64,000 bases of DNA from Candidatus Obscuribacterales bacterium (lineage in GTDB: Bacteria > Cyanobacteriota > Vampirovibrionia > Obscuribacterales > Obscuribacteraceae). The notes under the pieces are model-generated. The model did no database searches and had not been told where the DNA came from. It saw only the letters and a list, made by a program, of their open reading frames with translations. The DNA lies in contig CBDDIJ010000003.1 of NCBI GenBank assembly GCA_965228855.1, positions 1,024,001 through 1,088,000 of the forward strand, given 5' to 3'. The translations under genes and the position numbers were made by a program. Positions within the stretch are counted from its first letter, which is position 1; the number at the start of each line of letters is the position of its first letter. Positions 9,723-19,684 of the stretch are shown one piece after another.

Positions 9723-11279
9723 TTGACCAACACGGTGCAAACCGAAGCAAAATCGTCTCCGCTACCGAGCGTCGGCGATTTTTTGTTTTTGTTCGTGATG
9801 CAGATAAATCTGTTTCTTCTTCCAAACTTTCTGTTTGCTGAAGGCTCCACAGGCTGGCATTTGATAGCCGGCGAGTACATTTTGAAGACTCATTCGATTC
9901 CGCAGACGGACCTCATCTCGAGCACGTTTCCTGATAAAGCATGGGTCGCTTACGAGTGGTTGTTCGATCTCTTTATAGCCGCAATGACCCAATTCGGCGG
10001 GCTTAATCTGCTTGCTGTTGCGTTGAGCTCTGCCATCGGTTTTCTCTTCCTCTCCATATATGATAGAACCCGACGCGAAGGAGCAGGCATCATACTTTCC
10101 TTCAGCTTGGTTCTCCTTTCCATTCTGGTCGCTCTTACGCACTGGCATGCTCGACCGCACCTGGTTACGTTTCTGTGCGTCTGGATTTTTCTGACTACGC
10201 TGGAAGACTTTTATCGGGGTTTGATTTCGGTCCGAAGACTTTTTCTATTACTTTGCCCTGGCATCGTCCTGTGGGTCAACTGCCACCCTGCCTTCCCGCT
10301 AGGATTCGTAATTCTGGCAATGTATGTGGTATCAGCAATGGTGCAGTCGTCTCTGAGCAGGACTGATCAAGATCGATCTCGTTTCAAACAGAAGTTTTTT
10401 ACCCTCACAGTTTTGGGCATTACACTATCGGCATTGACCTTTGTAAACCCATACGGCATCCGGCTTCACGCCTATATTTTCTCATATCTGCAAGGCAGCG
10501 AAATTCTGGTGAATACCCAGGAGTTTATGTCCCCAATTTTCAAAGGCGGTTTGCATCCAACTTGTCTGGAAATTCTCTACTTTGCTTTCGCTGCCGGACT
10601 TTATGTTTCGAAACAGCGCATTTCACTCCCCGGTCTTTTGACATGCCTGGTGTTCGGCCACCTGTCACTATCAGCGGTGCGCAATATGCCGCTTTATGCC
10701 CTCGTGGTGACACCATTCATCGGTCGCCTTTGGGGTAGTGAGCTGGCCAAGCATAATTCGACACAGCCTCAATCATTTGCCCGGCGACTGAAGAAGTCTC
10801 TTGCCGATTTCGAAGAACAAGAGGCCCACTGCAAAATGCACGTTCTTCCATATGCATACACGATTTTTCTAGTCATAGTTGCATTGAGCGGCGGTTCTTT
10901 AATGGGCTCACAGTTGCTTAAGTCGACATTCGATCCTGTTTATCTTCCGGTCGAAACTGTTTCCTACATCAGGGAAAATAAAGTCGACATGAATCGCCTT
11001 TTCAATTTTGATAACTGGGGCGGTTATCTTCGTTATAAGCTCGGAGAGCGTGTGCGCATGGATGATCGCGCAGACTTCTACGGTTTGCCGGTTTACGCTA
11101 AGTATTCTACGGTGATGGCGGTCGGCGAAGGCTGGCAAAAAATTCTAAACGATCAGAATATCGACTGGGTTCTGTTCCCTAAAAACAGCTCTCTGGCCGC
11201 TCAGCTCAGAACCAGTCCAGGTTGGACTTCCGTTTGTAAAGACGAAGCCTCGGAGCTTTTTCGACGCGTTCCGGAATAG
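9723..11279 (+). CDS. Polytopic membrane protein, probable GT-C-fold glycosyltransferase-like
   Basis: Many hydrophobic helices; GWH..G..I...IP.TD..S...W..YEWL N-terminal loop, RPHL, WVNCH, NPYG, WGGYL; next to sugar genes. Confidence 0.6.
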   Translation: MTNTVQTEAKSSPLPSVGDFLFLFVMQINLFLLPNFLFAEGSTGWHLIAGEYILKTHSIPQTDLISSTFPDKAWVAYEWLFDLFIAAMTQFGGLNLLAVALSSAIGFLFLSIYDRTRREGAGIILSFSLVLLSILVALTHWHARPHLVTFLCVWIFLTTLEDFYRGLISVRRLFLLLCPGIVLWVNCHPAFPLGFVILAMYVVSAMVQSSLSRTDQDRSRFKQKFFTLTVLGITLSALTFVNPYGIRLHAYIFSYLQGSEILVNTQEFMSPIFKGGLHPTCLEILYFAFAAGLYVSKQRISLPGLLTCLVFGHLSLSAVRNMPLYALVVTPFIGRLWGSELAKHNSTQPQSFARRLKKSLADFEEQEAHCKMHVLPYAYTIFLVIVALSGGSLMGSQLLKSTFDPVYLPVETVSYIRENKVDMNRLFNFDNWGGYLRYKLGERVRMDDRADFYGLPVYAKYSTVMAVGEGWQKILNDQNIDWVLFPKNSSLAAQLRTSPGWTSVCKDEASELFRRVPE

Positions 11280-11285
11280 AGCCAC

Positions 11286-12608
11286 CTAATATGATGGCAG
11301 TTGAGTTTTAAAAAAGCTTTTGAATGTGTCCAGCATGTAGTCGATCTGTGGCTCGTCAATGCCTGGATAAACGCCAATAACAAACGAATTGTTCATAGCG
11401 TAGTCTGTAATCTTTAAATCGGATTCTACTCGTTTAGAAACCGCCTTATAGGCTGGTTGGCGAAGCAGGTTGCCGCCGAACAGGTGACGAGTCGCGATTC
11501 TATTGGCCTCGAGGTGTTGGACGAGCTGAGAGCGTTTAAAAACTGCGTCCTCTCGGACTGTCACTACGAAGCCGAACCAGCTCGGCTCACTGCCGGCAGT
11601 GGCGCGTGGAAGAATGAGATGTTCTTCAAACTGCTTCAATCCGTCATGTAAAAGTTGCCAGTTACGCCTTCTTTTCTCGATGAACTGCGGCAGCTTTTTC
11701 AATTGCGCGATGCCCACTGCTGCCTGCATATCGGTAAGTTTCAAGTTGTATCCGAGATGCGAATAGATATACTTGTGATCATACCCGGGCGGTAAAGTTC
11801 CGAGTTCCCAACCGAAACGTTTGCCACAAGTATTGTCGCGCCCGGTAGCGCAGAAACAGTCTCTTCCCCAGTCTCGGAAAGACTCAACAACTCGTTTCAA
11901 CGTGTTGTTGCTTGTGAGCACGCAGCCTCCCTCACCCATTGTGATATGGTGAGCTGGATAAAAACTTGAAGTGCTCAGGTCACCGAATGATCCTGTAAGC
12001 TGGGTTTCGACCGTACTGCCTAAAGCATCGCAGTTATCTTCAATAAGCCAGAGTCCGTGTTTTTTCGCGAGCGCCGAAACAGCCTTTAAATCAAATGGAT
12101 TACCCAGTGTGTGGGCTAGAATTATTGCCTTTGTGCGGGGACCGATGGCTGCCTCGAGTTCATCGACGTTCACGTTGTAAGTCTCAAGATTGATGTCTAC
12201 GAAGACTGGTATCAATTTGTTCTGAATGATCGGATTCACTGTTGTAGGAAATCCGGCCGCCACGGTGAGGACTTCGTCGCCTGCCATCAGTTGCCGCTCT
12301 TTTAGACTTGGTGAAGTGAGCGCGCAAACCGCCAGCAAATTCGCTGACGAACCGGAATTGCACAGCATTGCATGTTTAACACCAATATACTTGGCGAACA
12401 TTTTTTCGAACTGCGCCGCGAATCTGCCCGTGGTAAGCCAGAAGTCGAGGGACGCATCGACGAGATGCATTAATTCTTCCGCGTCAAAGACTCGACCGGA
12501 ATATGGAATTGAATCGGTTTCACGATCAAATTTGGCTGTGGAAAATGTCTGCTCATGGTAATCCCTGACAAGTTCCAAAATTTTCTGTCGCAGTAGATCT
12601 TTTTCCAT
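11286..12608 (-). CDS. rfbH: CDP-6-deoxy-D-xylo-4-hexulose 3-dehydrase (RfbH/DdhC family)
   Basis: [37 protein letters not shown] (His at the usual Lys position), [15 protein letters not shown]; start trimmed to MEKDLL. Confidence 0.92.
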   Translation of the reverse strand: MEKDLLRQKILELVRDYHEQTFSTAKFDRETDSIPYSGRVFDAEELMHLVDASLDFWLTTGRFAAQFEKMFAKYIGVKHAMLCNSGSSANLLAVCALTSPSLKERQLMAGDEVLTVAAGFPTTVNPIIQNKLIPVFVDINLETYNVNVDELEAAIGPRTKAIILAHTLGNPFDLKAVSALAKKHGLWLIEDNCDALGSTVETQLTGSFGDLSTSSFYPAHHITMGEGGCVLTSNNTLKRVVESFRDWGRDCFCATGRDNTCGKRFGWELGTLPPGYDHKYIYSHLGYNLKLTDMQAAVGIAQLKKLPQFIEKRRRNWQLLHDGLKQFEEHLILPRATAGSEPSWFGFVVTVREDAVFKRSQLVQHLEANRIATRHLFGGNLLRQPAYKAVSKRVESDLKITDYAMNNSFVIGVYPGIDEPQIDYMLDTFKSFFKTQLPSY

Positions 12609-12678
12609 TTTTGGCAGAAACCGATATGAGCGAGAACTATAATTATACCGATGTGAATAGTCAGAACTAAAGGTTGTA

Positions 12679-13167
12679 ATGCCGGACGGAACAACAGACG
12701 TGATAGGCGCCGGTGAGTCAGGAATTAATGGCGTTCTTATAACCCCTCTAATTCGTATTCCGGATGAGCGCGGGCAAGTAATGCGCATGCTTCGTGCTGA
12801 CGATAGATACTTCGAGCGTTTCGGCGAAATCTATTTTTCAATGGTGTACCCCGGCAAGATCAAAGCATGGCATATACATTCGGTTATGACGTTGAACTAT
12901 GCGCTCGTGACAGGTAGGATTAATCTCGTACTCTTTGATGACAGAGATGGCTCGAGTACGCGGGGAAGAATCCAGGAATTAGTTCTTGATGAGTCGAACT
13001 ATTGTCTAGTTACGATCCCAAAAGGGATTTGGAATGGATTCAAAGGTCTGGGTTTGACTCCATCAATAGTTGCCAATTGCGCTACAGATCCTCATGACCC
13101 GAACGAGATTCGGAGAATCGATCCATTTGCAACTGACATTCCTTACGATTGGGCATTGAATAAGTAG
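12679..13167 (+). CDS. NDP-4-keto-6-deoxysugar 3,5-epimerase family (RmlC-like cupin)
   Basis: [27 protein letters not shown] motifs. Confidence 0.85.
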   Translation: MPDGTTDVIGAGESGINGVLITPLIRIPDERGQVMRMLRADDRYFERFGEIYFSMVYPGKIKAWHIHSVMTLNYALVTGRINLVLFDDRDGSSTRGRIQELVLDESNYCLVTIPKGIWNGFKGLGLTPSIVANCATDPHDPNEIRRIDPFATDIPYDWALNK

Positions 13168-13199
13168 CAGTACTAAGAAGAGCTAGACGAAGGCTAATA

Positions 13200-14069
13200 A
13201 TGAAACATTTGGTTGTCGGAGCGTCCGGTCAAATCGGCGGAGCGGTTTACAAATCGCTTCTCGAGAAGAATCAAGACGTGATGGGAACCTGGTTTTCTCA
13301 ACCGGCCCGTGGGATGCGCAAACTAGACGTCAACGATCGTTCGCGCCTATTCAAGCTCGTCAAAGAGGCCTCGCCGGACGTCATCTACGCCTGCGCCGGC
13401 ATGACCAACGTCGACCGTTGTGAGAGTGAACCGAAGGAGAGCTTCCGGATCAATGTGGTCGGTTTGGCCAATCTGGTGGAAGCCGCAAATAGAGCAGATG
13501 CAAAAATCGTGTTGTTGTCGAGTGACTACATCTTCGACGGCGCTAAGGGACCATACGATGTTACGGATCTGCCGAATCCGCTCAATGTATATGGCTATCA
13601 TAAAGTCCTTTGCGAACAACACGTGGCGACCGTGGCAAAAAGCTTTCTCATTGTCAGAACAACTGTGGTTTATGGCTGGGAGGCGGTCGGCAAAAACTTT
13701 ATTGCGCGGCTTCTGCACAAGCTTTCGCAGGGGCAAAAGGTAAAAGTGCCAAGCGATCAGATTGGATCGCCTACGTATAATCGCAACTTCTCTCGAGCAT
13801 TGATCGAACTGGTCTCGAAAGACGAGGAAGGCGTCTTTCACGTCTCCGGTTCTACTCAAACCGATCGCTATGCATTTGCCGTGAGAGCGGCTCAGATATT
13901 CGGTCTTGATTCGCGCCTGATTCACGCGGTCAGTACCGCGGATTTGAAACAGAAAGCCAGACGCCCATTAAAAGCCGGACTCAAGCTTGAAAAAACGCGA
14001 GATGTGTTATCAACAAAGCTGCTTGGGTACGAAGATGGTCTCCGCCAGATGCTCAACGACGAGCTCTAG
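13200..14069 (+). CDS. RmlD-like NDP-4-keto-6-deoxysugar reductase (extended SDR)
   Basis: GASGQIG, TNVDRCE, SSDYIFDG, YGYHK, DQIGSPT. Confidence 0.88.
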   Translation: MKHLVVGASGQIGGAVYKSLLEKNQDVMGTWFSQPARGMRKLDVNDRSRLFKLVKEASPDVIYACAGMTNVDRCESEPKESFRINVVGLANLVEAANRADAKIVLLSSDYIFDGAKGPYDVTDLPNPLNVYGYHKVLCEQHVATVAKSFLIVRTTVVYGWEAVGKNFIARLLHKLSQGQKVKVPSDQIGSPTYNRNFSRALIELVSKDEEGVFHVSGSTQTDRYAFAVRAAQIFGLDSRLIHAVSTADLKQKARRPLKAGLKLEKTRDVLSTKLLGYEDGLRQMLNDEL

Positions 14070-14341
14070 GTTCTGTTGAAACCGCGCTGTTCGTCCTCGT
14101 ATTTCTTTTTGTCCAGCTCGGCAATCAGCTTTGCATTTTCCTCTTGAATCTTCATCTCTTCATCTTTTTTCTTGTCTTTTTGCTTTTGCACAGCCATCTG
14201 TTGAAGGCGAAAACGTTCGTGATCTTCTCTCCGGCGCTGGCGCTCACGCTCTTCACGTTTTCGTCGCTCTTGCCGCTCCTCATCTTGACGAGCTAAAGCT
14301 TCTTGTTCGCGCTTTCGACGCATTCTCTCAAGATCGGACAT
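14066..14341 (-). CDS. Small highly charged (E/R/K/Q) helical hypothetical protein
   Basis: 91-aa ORF with GGAGG upstream; convergent overlap with the preceding stop. Confidence 0.65.
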   Translation of the reverse strand: MSDLERMRRKREQEALARQDEERQERRKREERERQRRREDHERFRLQQMAVQKQKDKKKDEEMKIQEENAKLIAELDKKKYEDEQRGFNRT

Positions 14342-14442
14342 TTTGTCCCTGACCTCCGAAACAGTAAGTCGGACTTTCCCAATGGCTCCTATCAGTCAGC
14401 TTAGACACTGACCGCATTGGCGTCAAGTAGCTGTAATTGGAC

Positions 14443-15927
14443 TTAAAGCGAGAGGTCGTCGACCGAACCCTTGCGTGCCACGCCGGTCCTGATTGCCGCC
14501 TCTGCGACGGCTTTCGCAACGCTGTCTGCTATAGCCGGATTGAATACGCCCGGGATAATATAATCCTCGTTCAATTCGTTGTCCTGAACTACTGCGGCGA
14601 TTGCGTGCGCTGCAGCCAGTTTCATCTCCTCGTTGATATCGGTCGCGCGTACATCAAGCGCGCCACGGAACATTCCGGGGAAACACAGGACATTATTGAT
14701 CTGATTCGGGTAGTCGGAGCGACCGGTTGCCATAATGCGAACATATGGGGCTGCGTCTTCAGGCATTACCTCGGGCGTCGGATTCGCCATTGCAAACACA
14801 ATCGGATCGCGCGCCATCTTTTTCAAGTCTTCCGCTTCGATTGTCCCCGGTCCTGACAAACCGAGAAAAAGATCTGCCCCTTCAAGCGCTTCACCTACCG
14901 AGCCGCTGAAACCATCAGGATTAGTGTGCTCTGCAAACCATTCCTTCATGTAATTCATGTGATCTTTTCGACCTTTGTAAATGGCACCGCTTCTGTCAAA
15001 ACCGATAACATTTTTCACGCCTGCAGACAAAATGATTTTTGAACAGGCAACGCCTGCGGCACCAACGCCGGTGACGATCACCTTAATGTCGGACATTTTC
15101 TTTTTGACGATTTTCAGAGCGTTTATCAAGGCCGCTAGAACGACCACCGCAGTCCCATGTTGGTCATCGTGGAACACAGGTATGTCGAGTTCCTTTTTTA
15201 GTCTGTCTTCGACTTCGAAACACCGGGGGGCGGCAATATCTTCTAAATTGATGCCACCAAATACGGGGGCAATCGCTTTTACTGCTTTGATAATTTCCTC
15301 GGTATCCTGCGTGTTCAACGCTATTGGAAATGCGTCGATTTTACCGAATTCTTTAAACAGCATCGCCTTGCCTTCCATCACCGGAAGCGACGCTTCCGGT
15401 CCGATGTTTCCCAGACCAAGAACGGCAGAGCCATCGGTCACAACGGCTACGGTGTTTCGTTTGATAGTCAGTTTATAAACATTGTCGGGCTCATCGTGAA
15501 TTGCCATGCAGACCCTGGCGACACCAGGCGTATATGCCATTGACAAATCGTCCCGAGTGGCGAGCGGAACTTTGTTCGTAACCCGAATTTTTCCGCCGAG
15601 GTGCATGAGGAACGTTCTGTCGGATACGTGTAGCACTTCAAACTGATTGAGATTCTTCATCTCTTTGACAAGCGCATCGCCGTGGACCGAATCTCGTACT
15701 TTCACGGTGATATCGCGGATTATGTAATTCCCCTCGAAACCGGCGATATCAACCGCACCGATATCTGCGCCGATCTGACCTATCAATGAAGTGACGACAC
15801 CGAGACTGCCCGGCTCGTTTGGAATTTTGATGCGTAAAGTCATGCTGTAACTGGCGCTTGGCTTGACCTTGTTCTTCGGAACATCAGGCTCTTTTTTCGC
15901 GTCGGCGGGTTTGCTTGTGCTCGTCAT
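14443..15927 (-). CDS. NAD(P)-dependent malic enzyme with N-terminal ACT domain
   Basis: AYTPGVA, VMEGKA, INLEDI, FHDDQHGTA, GVGAAG, ANPTPE, TGRSDYPNQINNVLCFPG; ACT-like NEPGSLG. Confidence 0.93.
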   Translation of the reverse strand: MTSTSKPADAKKEPDVPKNKVKPSASYSMTLRIKIPNEPGSLGVVTSLIGQIGADIGAVDIAGFEGNYIIRDITVKVRDSVHGDALVKEMKNLNQFEVLHVSDRTFLMHLGGKIRVTNKVPLATRDDLSMAYTPGVARVCMAIHDEPDNVYKLTIKRNTVAVVTDGSAVLGLGNIGPEASLPVMEGKAMLFKEFGKIDAFPIALNTQDTEEIIKAVKAIAPVFGGINLEDIAAPRCFEVEDRLKKELDIPVFHDDQHGTAVVVLAALINALKIVKKKMSDIKVIVTGVGAAGVACSKIILSAGVKNVIGFDRSGAIYKGRKDHMNYMKEWFAEHTNPDGFSGSVGEALEGADLFLGLSGPGTIEAEDLKKMARDPIVFAMANPTPEVMPEDAAPYVRIMATGRSDYPNQINNVLCFPGMFRGALDVRATDINEEMKLAAAHAIAAVVQDNELNEDYIIPGVFNPAIADSVAKAVAEAAIRTGVARKGSVDDLSL

Positions 15928-16119
15928 ATTTGTTTCTCGCAAAGGGAGTACCGGCCGTTGACAACAGCAACCGACTTCATGGAGTGGATGTGTTAAGCTG
16001 GACCACTGTTAAAGATAAACCCTGCATCGCATAGAAGTTAGCGAGTGCCTGATTTTTTTAATTAGTCGAAAGAACACGCTTACGACTGATTCGAATTGGC
16101 TTGTGATAGGAGATTTCAT

Positions 16120-16905
16120 ATGAGTTCTAAAAAACGAGACCTTGTTGGCAACTACGAAGTTACTAAAGAAGGTATTGTTACCCGCCGCGAAGTCCTGATG
16201 ATGGGCGCTATGGCAGCTGCCACGGGCGGGTTGCTCGCCACACAGGGTCAAGCAGCCGTCGCTGCTGATGCCGCTGCTGCTCCGGCCGGCGCATATAAGG
16301 CTCGCGATTTTAAATCCCTGGCTGGAACCATGGATGGTTTGAGCGCTGACCAGATTAACCAGCACTTGAAGCTTTACGAGGGTTATATTGCTAAAGCAAA
16401 CGCCATCCATAAAGACCTTAAATCGGTCGATCTATCGACTGCTAATGCTACTTACTCGCCAGTCAGGGAGTTGTTGATTGAGCAAAGCTTCGCTCACAAC
16501 GGTGTCGTCTACCACGAGTACTACTTCAACAACCTTGGCGGCAAGGGCGGAGAACCGACCGGTAACTTTAAATCCGCGATTGAAGAACAATGGGGCTCAA
16601 ACGCAAAATTCATCGACTTCCTGAAGGCTGCAGGCAAGAGTGCCAGAGGTTGGGTAATAGTTGGTTACAATACCCGCGCGGGTTACGTAGATGCATATGC
16701 GCTCGATACTCACAATATCGCATCACCTGCCAACATAGTACCGCTGGTGGTGCTGGATGTTTACGAGCACGCTTACATGATCGACTACAAGACCGATCGC
16801 GCAAAATATCTCGAAGCGTTCATCAACAATATGAACTGGGATGTCGTAGAGAAACGCCTCAACGTAGCGACAAAACACCCGTCCGGCGCCGACTCCACTC
16901 TTTAA
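16120..16905 (+). CDS. Fe/Mn superoxide dismutase family protein with twin-arginine signal
   Basis: QHLKLYEGY, YHEYYF, LDVYEHAY metal ligands; TRREVL + hydrophobic stretch; AGGAG RBS. Confidence 0.88.
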   Translation: MSSKKRDLVGNYEVTKEGIVTRREVLMMGAMAAATGGLLATQGQAAVAADAAAAPAGAYKARDFKSLAGTMDGLSADQINQHLKLYEGYIAKANAIHKDLKSVDLSTANATYSPVRELLIEQSFAHNGVVYHEYYFNNLGGKGGEPTGNFKSAIEEQWGSNAKFIDFLKAAGKSARGWVIVGYNTRAGYVDAYALDTHNIASPANIVPLVVLDVYEHAYMIDYKTDRAKYLEAFINNMNWDVVEKRLNVATKHPSGADSTL

Positions 16906-16977
16906 TCGAGAATGTCGAATACCGGGCTGCACCGCTCAATCTAGTATTGTGCAATACGGTCTGAAAACAACGTCGAG

Positions 16978-17223
16978 TTAAATCGATAACGTTTCGCCAA
17001 ATAAATCATAATCGGTGGTCGATCGAATATCGTCCACCGATTTTATTTGTTGGCGCATTTTTTCGACGAGACTTGCCGCCAAAAATTCCATCTCTGACAG
17101 CACTGAGACCTGGTCTTGTTGGTCGAGTAAACTAAAGCTGCTCTGGAAGCTGGTTTGCGACGCTCTGCGAATGTCGAGTAAAGTCGAAGAAAGTGGATTC
17201 ACGGTTACACCTGTAAAAAACAT
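16978..17223 (-). CDS. Small hypothetical protein
   Basis: 81-aa ORF (MFFTGV...) with AAGGAG RBS. Confidence 0.55.
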   Translation of the reverse strand: MFFTGVTVNPLSSTLLDIRRASQTSFQSSFSLLDQQDQVSVLSEMEFLAASLVEKMRQQIKSVDDIRSTTDYDLFGETLSI

Positions 17224-17381
17224 AGCTCTTCTCCTTGTGTCTCCGCACCCCACCGTTAGAATACGTTCGCATTTTTGCAAAGTAACCCTGATCTTCAACC
17301 AGGCACGCAGCGGGTAAACCCTAGATCGAAAGCGAAACTCGGGCTTTTAAAGTCCAGGAAAGTTTGACGCTGTATTAAACG

Positions 17382-17412
17382 GAAACGCCTCCGGCTAAGC
17401 CGAAAGCGTTTC
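17382..17412 (-). terminator. Probable intrinsic terminator of the 17449-18381 gene
   Basis: Minus-strand stem GAAACGC-TTT-CGGC/GCCG-GAG-GCGTTTC, about 35 nt past the stop. Confidence 0.6.
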
Positions 17413-17448
17413 AGTTGATCTTCTGTTGTGCGGTTCAGATCTTAACTT

Positions 17449-18381
17449 TTAGTTTTCCTTTGCTTTGAATTGCTCTTGCGTTGCATTCGGGCGCAGGATG
17501 TGCGGCATCTCAGTGATCTTGTCGAGACCGCGCGGGACCGGATGGAAAGGAATTCGATCTAGTCCAACCGAGATACTTCTCGTTGCCGAGTCGCCGATTC
17601 GCTTCATAACGTCTTCAGCCTTACGATTGATGATTTCGCCTTCTTTAAGAACCACGCTTCCATCCGGCTGACGATCGATTCCGCGAAGCGTTGTTTCGCC
17701 GGATTTTGGATCTATAGAGACCGCAGTATTCCCGTGGTTTTCGTAGACCAAGACATTGCCTTTGGAATCCATGGATAATTCGAGACCGCCGCGGGTCTCA
17801 TGCTTGTTGAACTGCTTGTTCAGCTGATCGATATATTTTGAGAGCTTTTCAGGATCGCCTGAAAGCGCTTTTAGGCTCTCAGTTAGCTTGTTGACGTCTC
17901 CATCGATCAGGGCGCCCTGCAACTCGGTCAGCGCCTTTTTGTCTGCTTCGGGCAAGAGTGGGCTGAGTTCCTTCGCCATCATTTCCTTAGCGTTTTTTCT
18001 ATCCTGGTCGGTTACGAAGGGTTTCAGACTGCGTTCCATTTTCTTTGAAAATTCGCCGCTCAGTTTATCCGCGATACCTTCGCCAATTTGCGTTGCGCCG
18101 TGATCCAGTTTCGAATTGTGGTAATCGTTGCCAGCTTTTCCTGCAGCCTTGGCTGCTTGTTCCATTTGTTCGCTGACGCTGCTGCCGCTTTCCAGCTGCC
18201 CGTTAACACCGTTGGATGCAGCTTTTGCGGCGCCTTCAATGGAATTGGCACCGGTGTGGCCGCTCTTCATTGAGTCCATGGCAAAATTAGAGAGATTCGA
18301 CTTGGCCGCTTTGGCGGTATCACCGGCGGTGTCTTCGAAAGTAACGTTGGGCAGTTCAAATGCAGATCCTGACTTCGACAT
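17449..18381 (-). CDS. Hypothetical protein, tandem paralog A
   Basis: 310-aa ORF, GAGGAG RBS; core aligns without gaps to the next ORF. Confidence 0.85.
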   Translation of the reverse strand: MSKSGSAFELPNVTFEDTAGDTAKAAKSNLSNFAMDSMKSGHTGANSIEGAAKAASNGVNGQLESGSSVSEQMEQAAKAAGKAGNDYHNSKLDHGATQIGEGIADKLSGEFSKKMERSLKPFVTDQDRKNAKEMMAKELSPLLPEADKKALTELQGALIDGDVNKLTESLKALSGDPEKLSKYIDQLNKQFNKHETRGGLELSMDSKGNVLVYENHGNTAVSIDPKSGETTLRGIDRQPDGSVVLKEGEIINRKAEDVMKRIGDSATRSISVGLDRIPFHPVPRGLDKITEMPHILRPNATQEQFKAKEN

Positions 18382-18525
18382 AATAATAGTAACTCCTCAG
18401 CAGTGGCACGTTCCGTGACTATATAATCCGATTTTCGCAGCGGCGATCAAAGGTGGGTCTCTGCAGTGCTGCTTGCGTGTTCACGCAGGCCTGAAGTCGT
18501 TCGCTCTCAATAAACGTCCGGAGCG

Positions 18526-18553
18526 AAAAGGGTCCCCTGTTGGGGACCCTTTT
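18526..18553. terminator. Intrinsic terminator (bidirectional form)
   Basis: Perfect AAAAGGGTCCCC-TGTT-GGGGACCCTTTT just downstream of the 18589 stop. Confidence 0.85.
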
Positions 18554-18588
18554 GCTGTGCGTGGGTATGATTGGTCGATCAGTTTCAA

Positions 18589-19557
18589 CTAGCGTGATTT
18601 GTCCGAGAGTTCGTTCATCAACGGTTTGATGTCTTTCGGGAAATCCCATTTTCCGCCGCCGCTGTTACCGCCATCGAACGGGTCTTTCGGGCTCCACGGC
18701 TTGTTAGGTGGAAATTCCGGCATGGGCATCGGCTTGTTTGGGAAACCGGGTTTCCACGGATGTGGCTTGAAGATTGGCTCTTGCAGGCTTCTTGTAGCTT
18801 CGTCACCGAGATTCTTCATGACGTCATCCGGCTTGCGGTTGATTACTTCGCCCGGCTTGAGAAGGACGCTGCCGTCATCTTGACGCTCAACTGCACGTAG
18901 TGACGATTCACCGGTTTTAGGATCGAAGGAAACAGCAGTGTTTCCTTTTTCTCCGTAGACAAGAACGTTGCCTTTACCGTCCATCGACACTTCAACGCCA
19001 CCGAACATCTCGTTCTTGTTCAGGTTGTCGTTCAGTGCTTTGACGAACTTCTCTAGCTTTGCCGGATCTCCCGAGAGACCTTTCAAGGCTTCACCAAATT
19101 TTTTCGTGTCACCGTCGATGAGAGCGTTTTGAAGGTCGGTGATCGTTTTCTTGTCAGCTTCTGGAATGAGGTCGCTCAATTCTTTGCCAAGTTTGTCTTT
19201 GGCTTCAGCTCTATCTTCGGGCGTAACGTCAGCTCTCTTGCTGATGCCGATGCCGATAGCAATTGATCCGTCCTTGGTAAGCTCTTGAAGTTTTTCACCG
19301 ACGTTTCCTTTCGAGATTCCATCGAGGTGTTTGATAGCTTCGCCGCCGATTTCTGCTGCGTTGCCAGCGGAGTTTTTATCGAGAGAATTGACTCCAGTAT
19401 CACCGGTCGCAGATTTGGCAGCTTGCGACATGTTTTTCATTTCATTCATCGCGGCATCAGACAAACTTTGTCTTGCATCGCGGGCGGTATCATCTGTGCT
19501 GTGCGTAGCTTTTCCTACTACTTGTGCTTCAGCTTCTTGGGGGGCATTTTTAGACAT
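18589..19557 (-). CDS. Hypothetical protein, tandem paralog B, Pro-rich C-terminus
   Basis: GAGGAG RBS before MSKNAPQ; shares ALIDGD, LSGDP, KGNVLVY, GNTAVS, INRK and ATRS blocks with paralog A. Confidence 0.85.
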   Translation of the reverse strand: MSKNAPQEAEAQVVGKATHSTDDTARDARQSLSDAAMNEMKNMSQAAKSATGDTGVNSLDKNSAGNAAEIGGEAIKHLDGISKGNVGEKLQELTKDGSIAIGIGISKRADVTPEDRAEAKDKLGKELSDLIPEADKKTITDLQNALIDGDTKKFGEALKGLSGDPAKLEKFVKALNDNLNKNEMFGGVEVSMDGKGNVLVYGEKGNTAVSFDPKTGESSLRAVERQDDGSVLLKPGEVINRKPDDVMKNLGDEATRSLQEPIFKPHPWKPGFPNKPMPMPEFPPNKPWSPKDPFDGGNSGGGKWDFPKDIKPLMNELSDKSR

Positions 19558-19684
19558 TGTTGGGGTTCTCCTCAGCAAGTGCGTTCCTTCCGTGCATTAA
19601 CTATGCAATTTCCCGAGCTGATAACCAATGTGCGATAATGCAAATCGGCTTGCGCATTTACGCAAAGGACCGAAAGAGGGCAAT

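Noticed and set aside
12609..12788. N-terminal extension of the rfbH ORF
   Set aside because: Overlaps the divergent epimerase gene; family similarity starts at MEKDLL.
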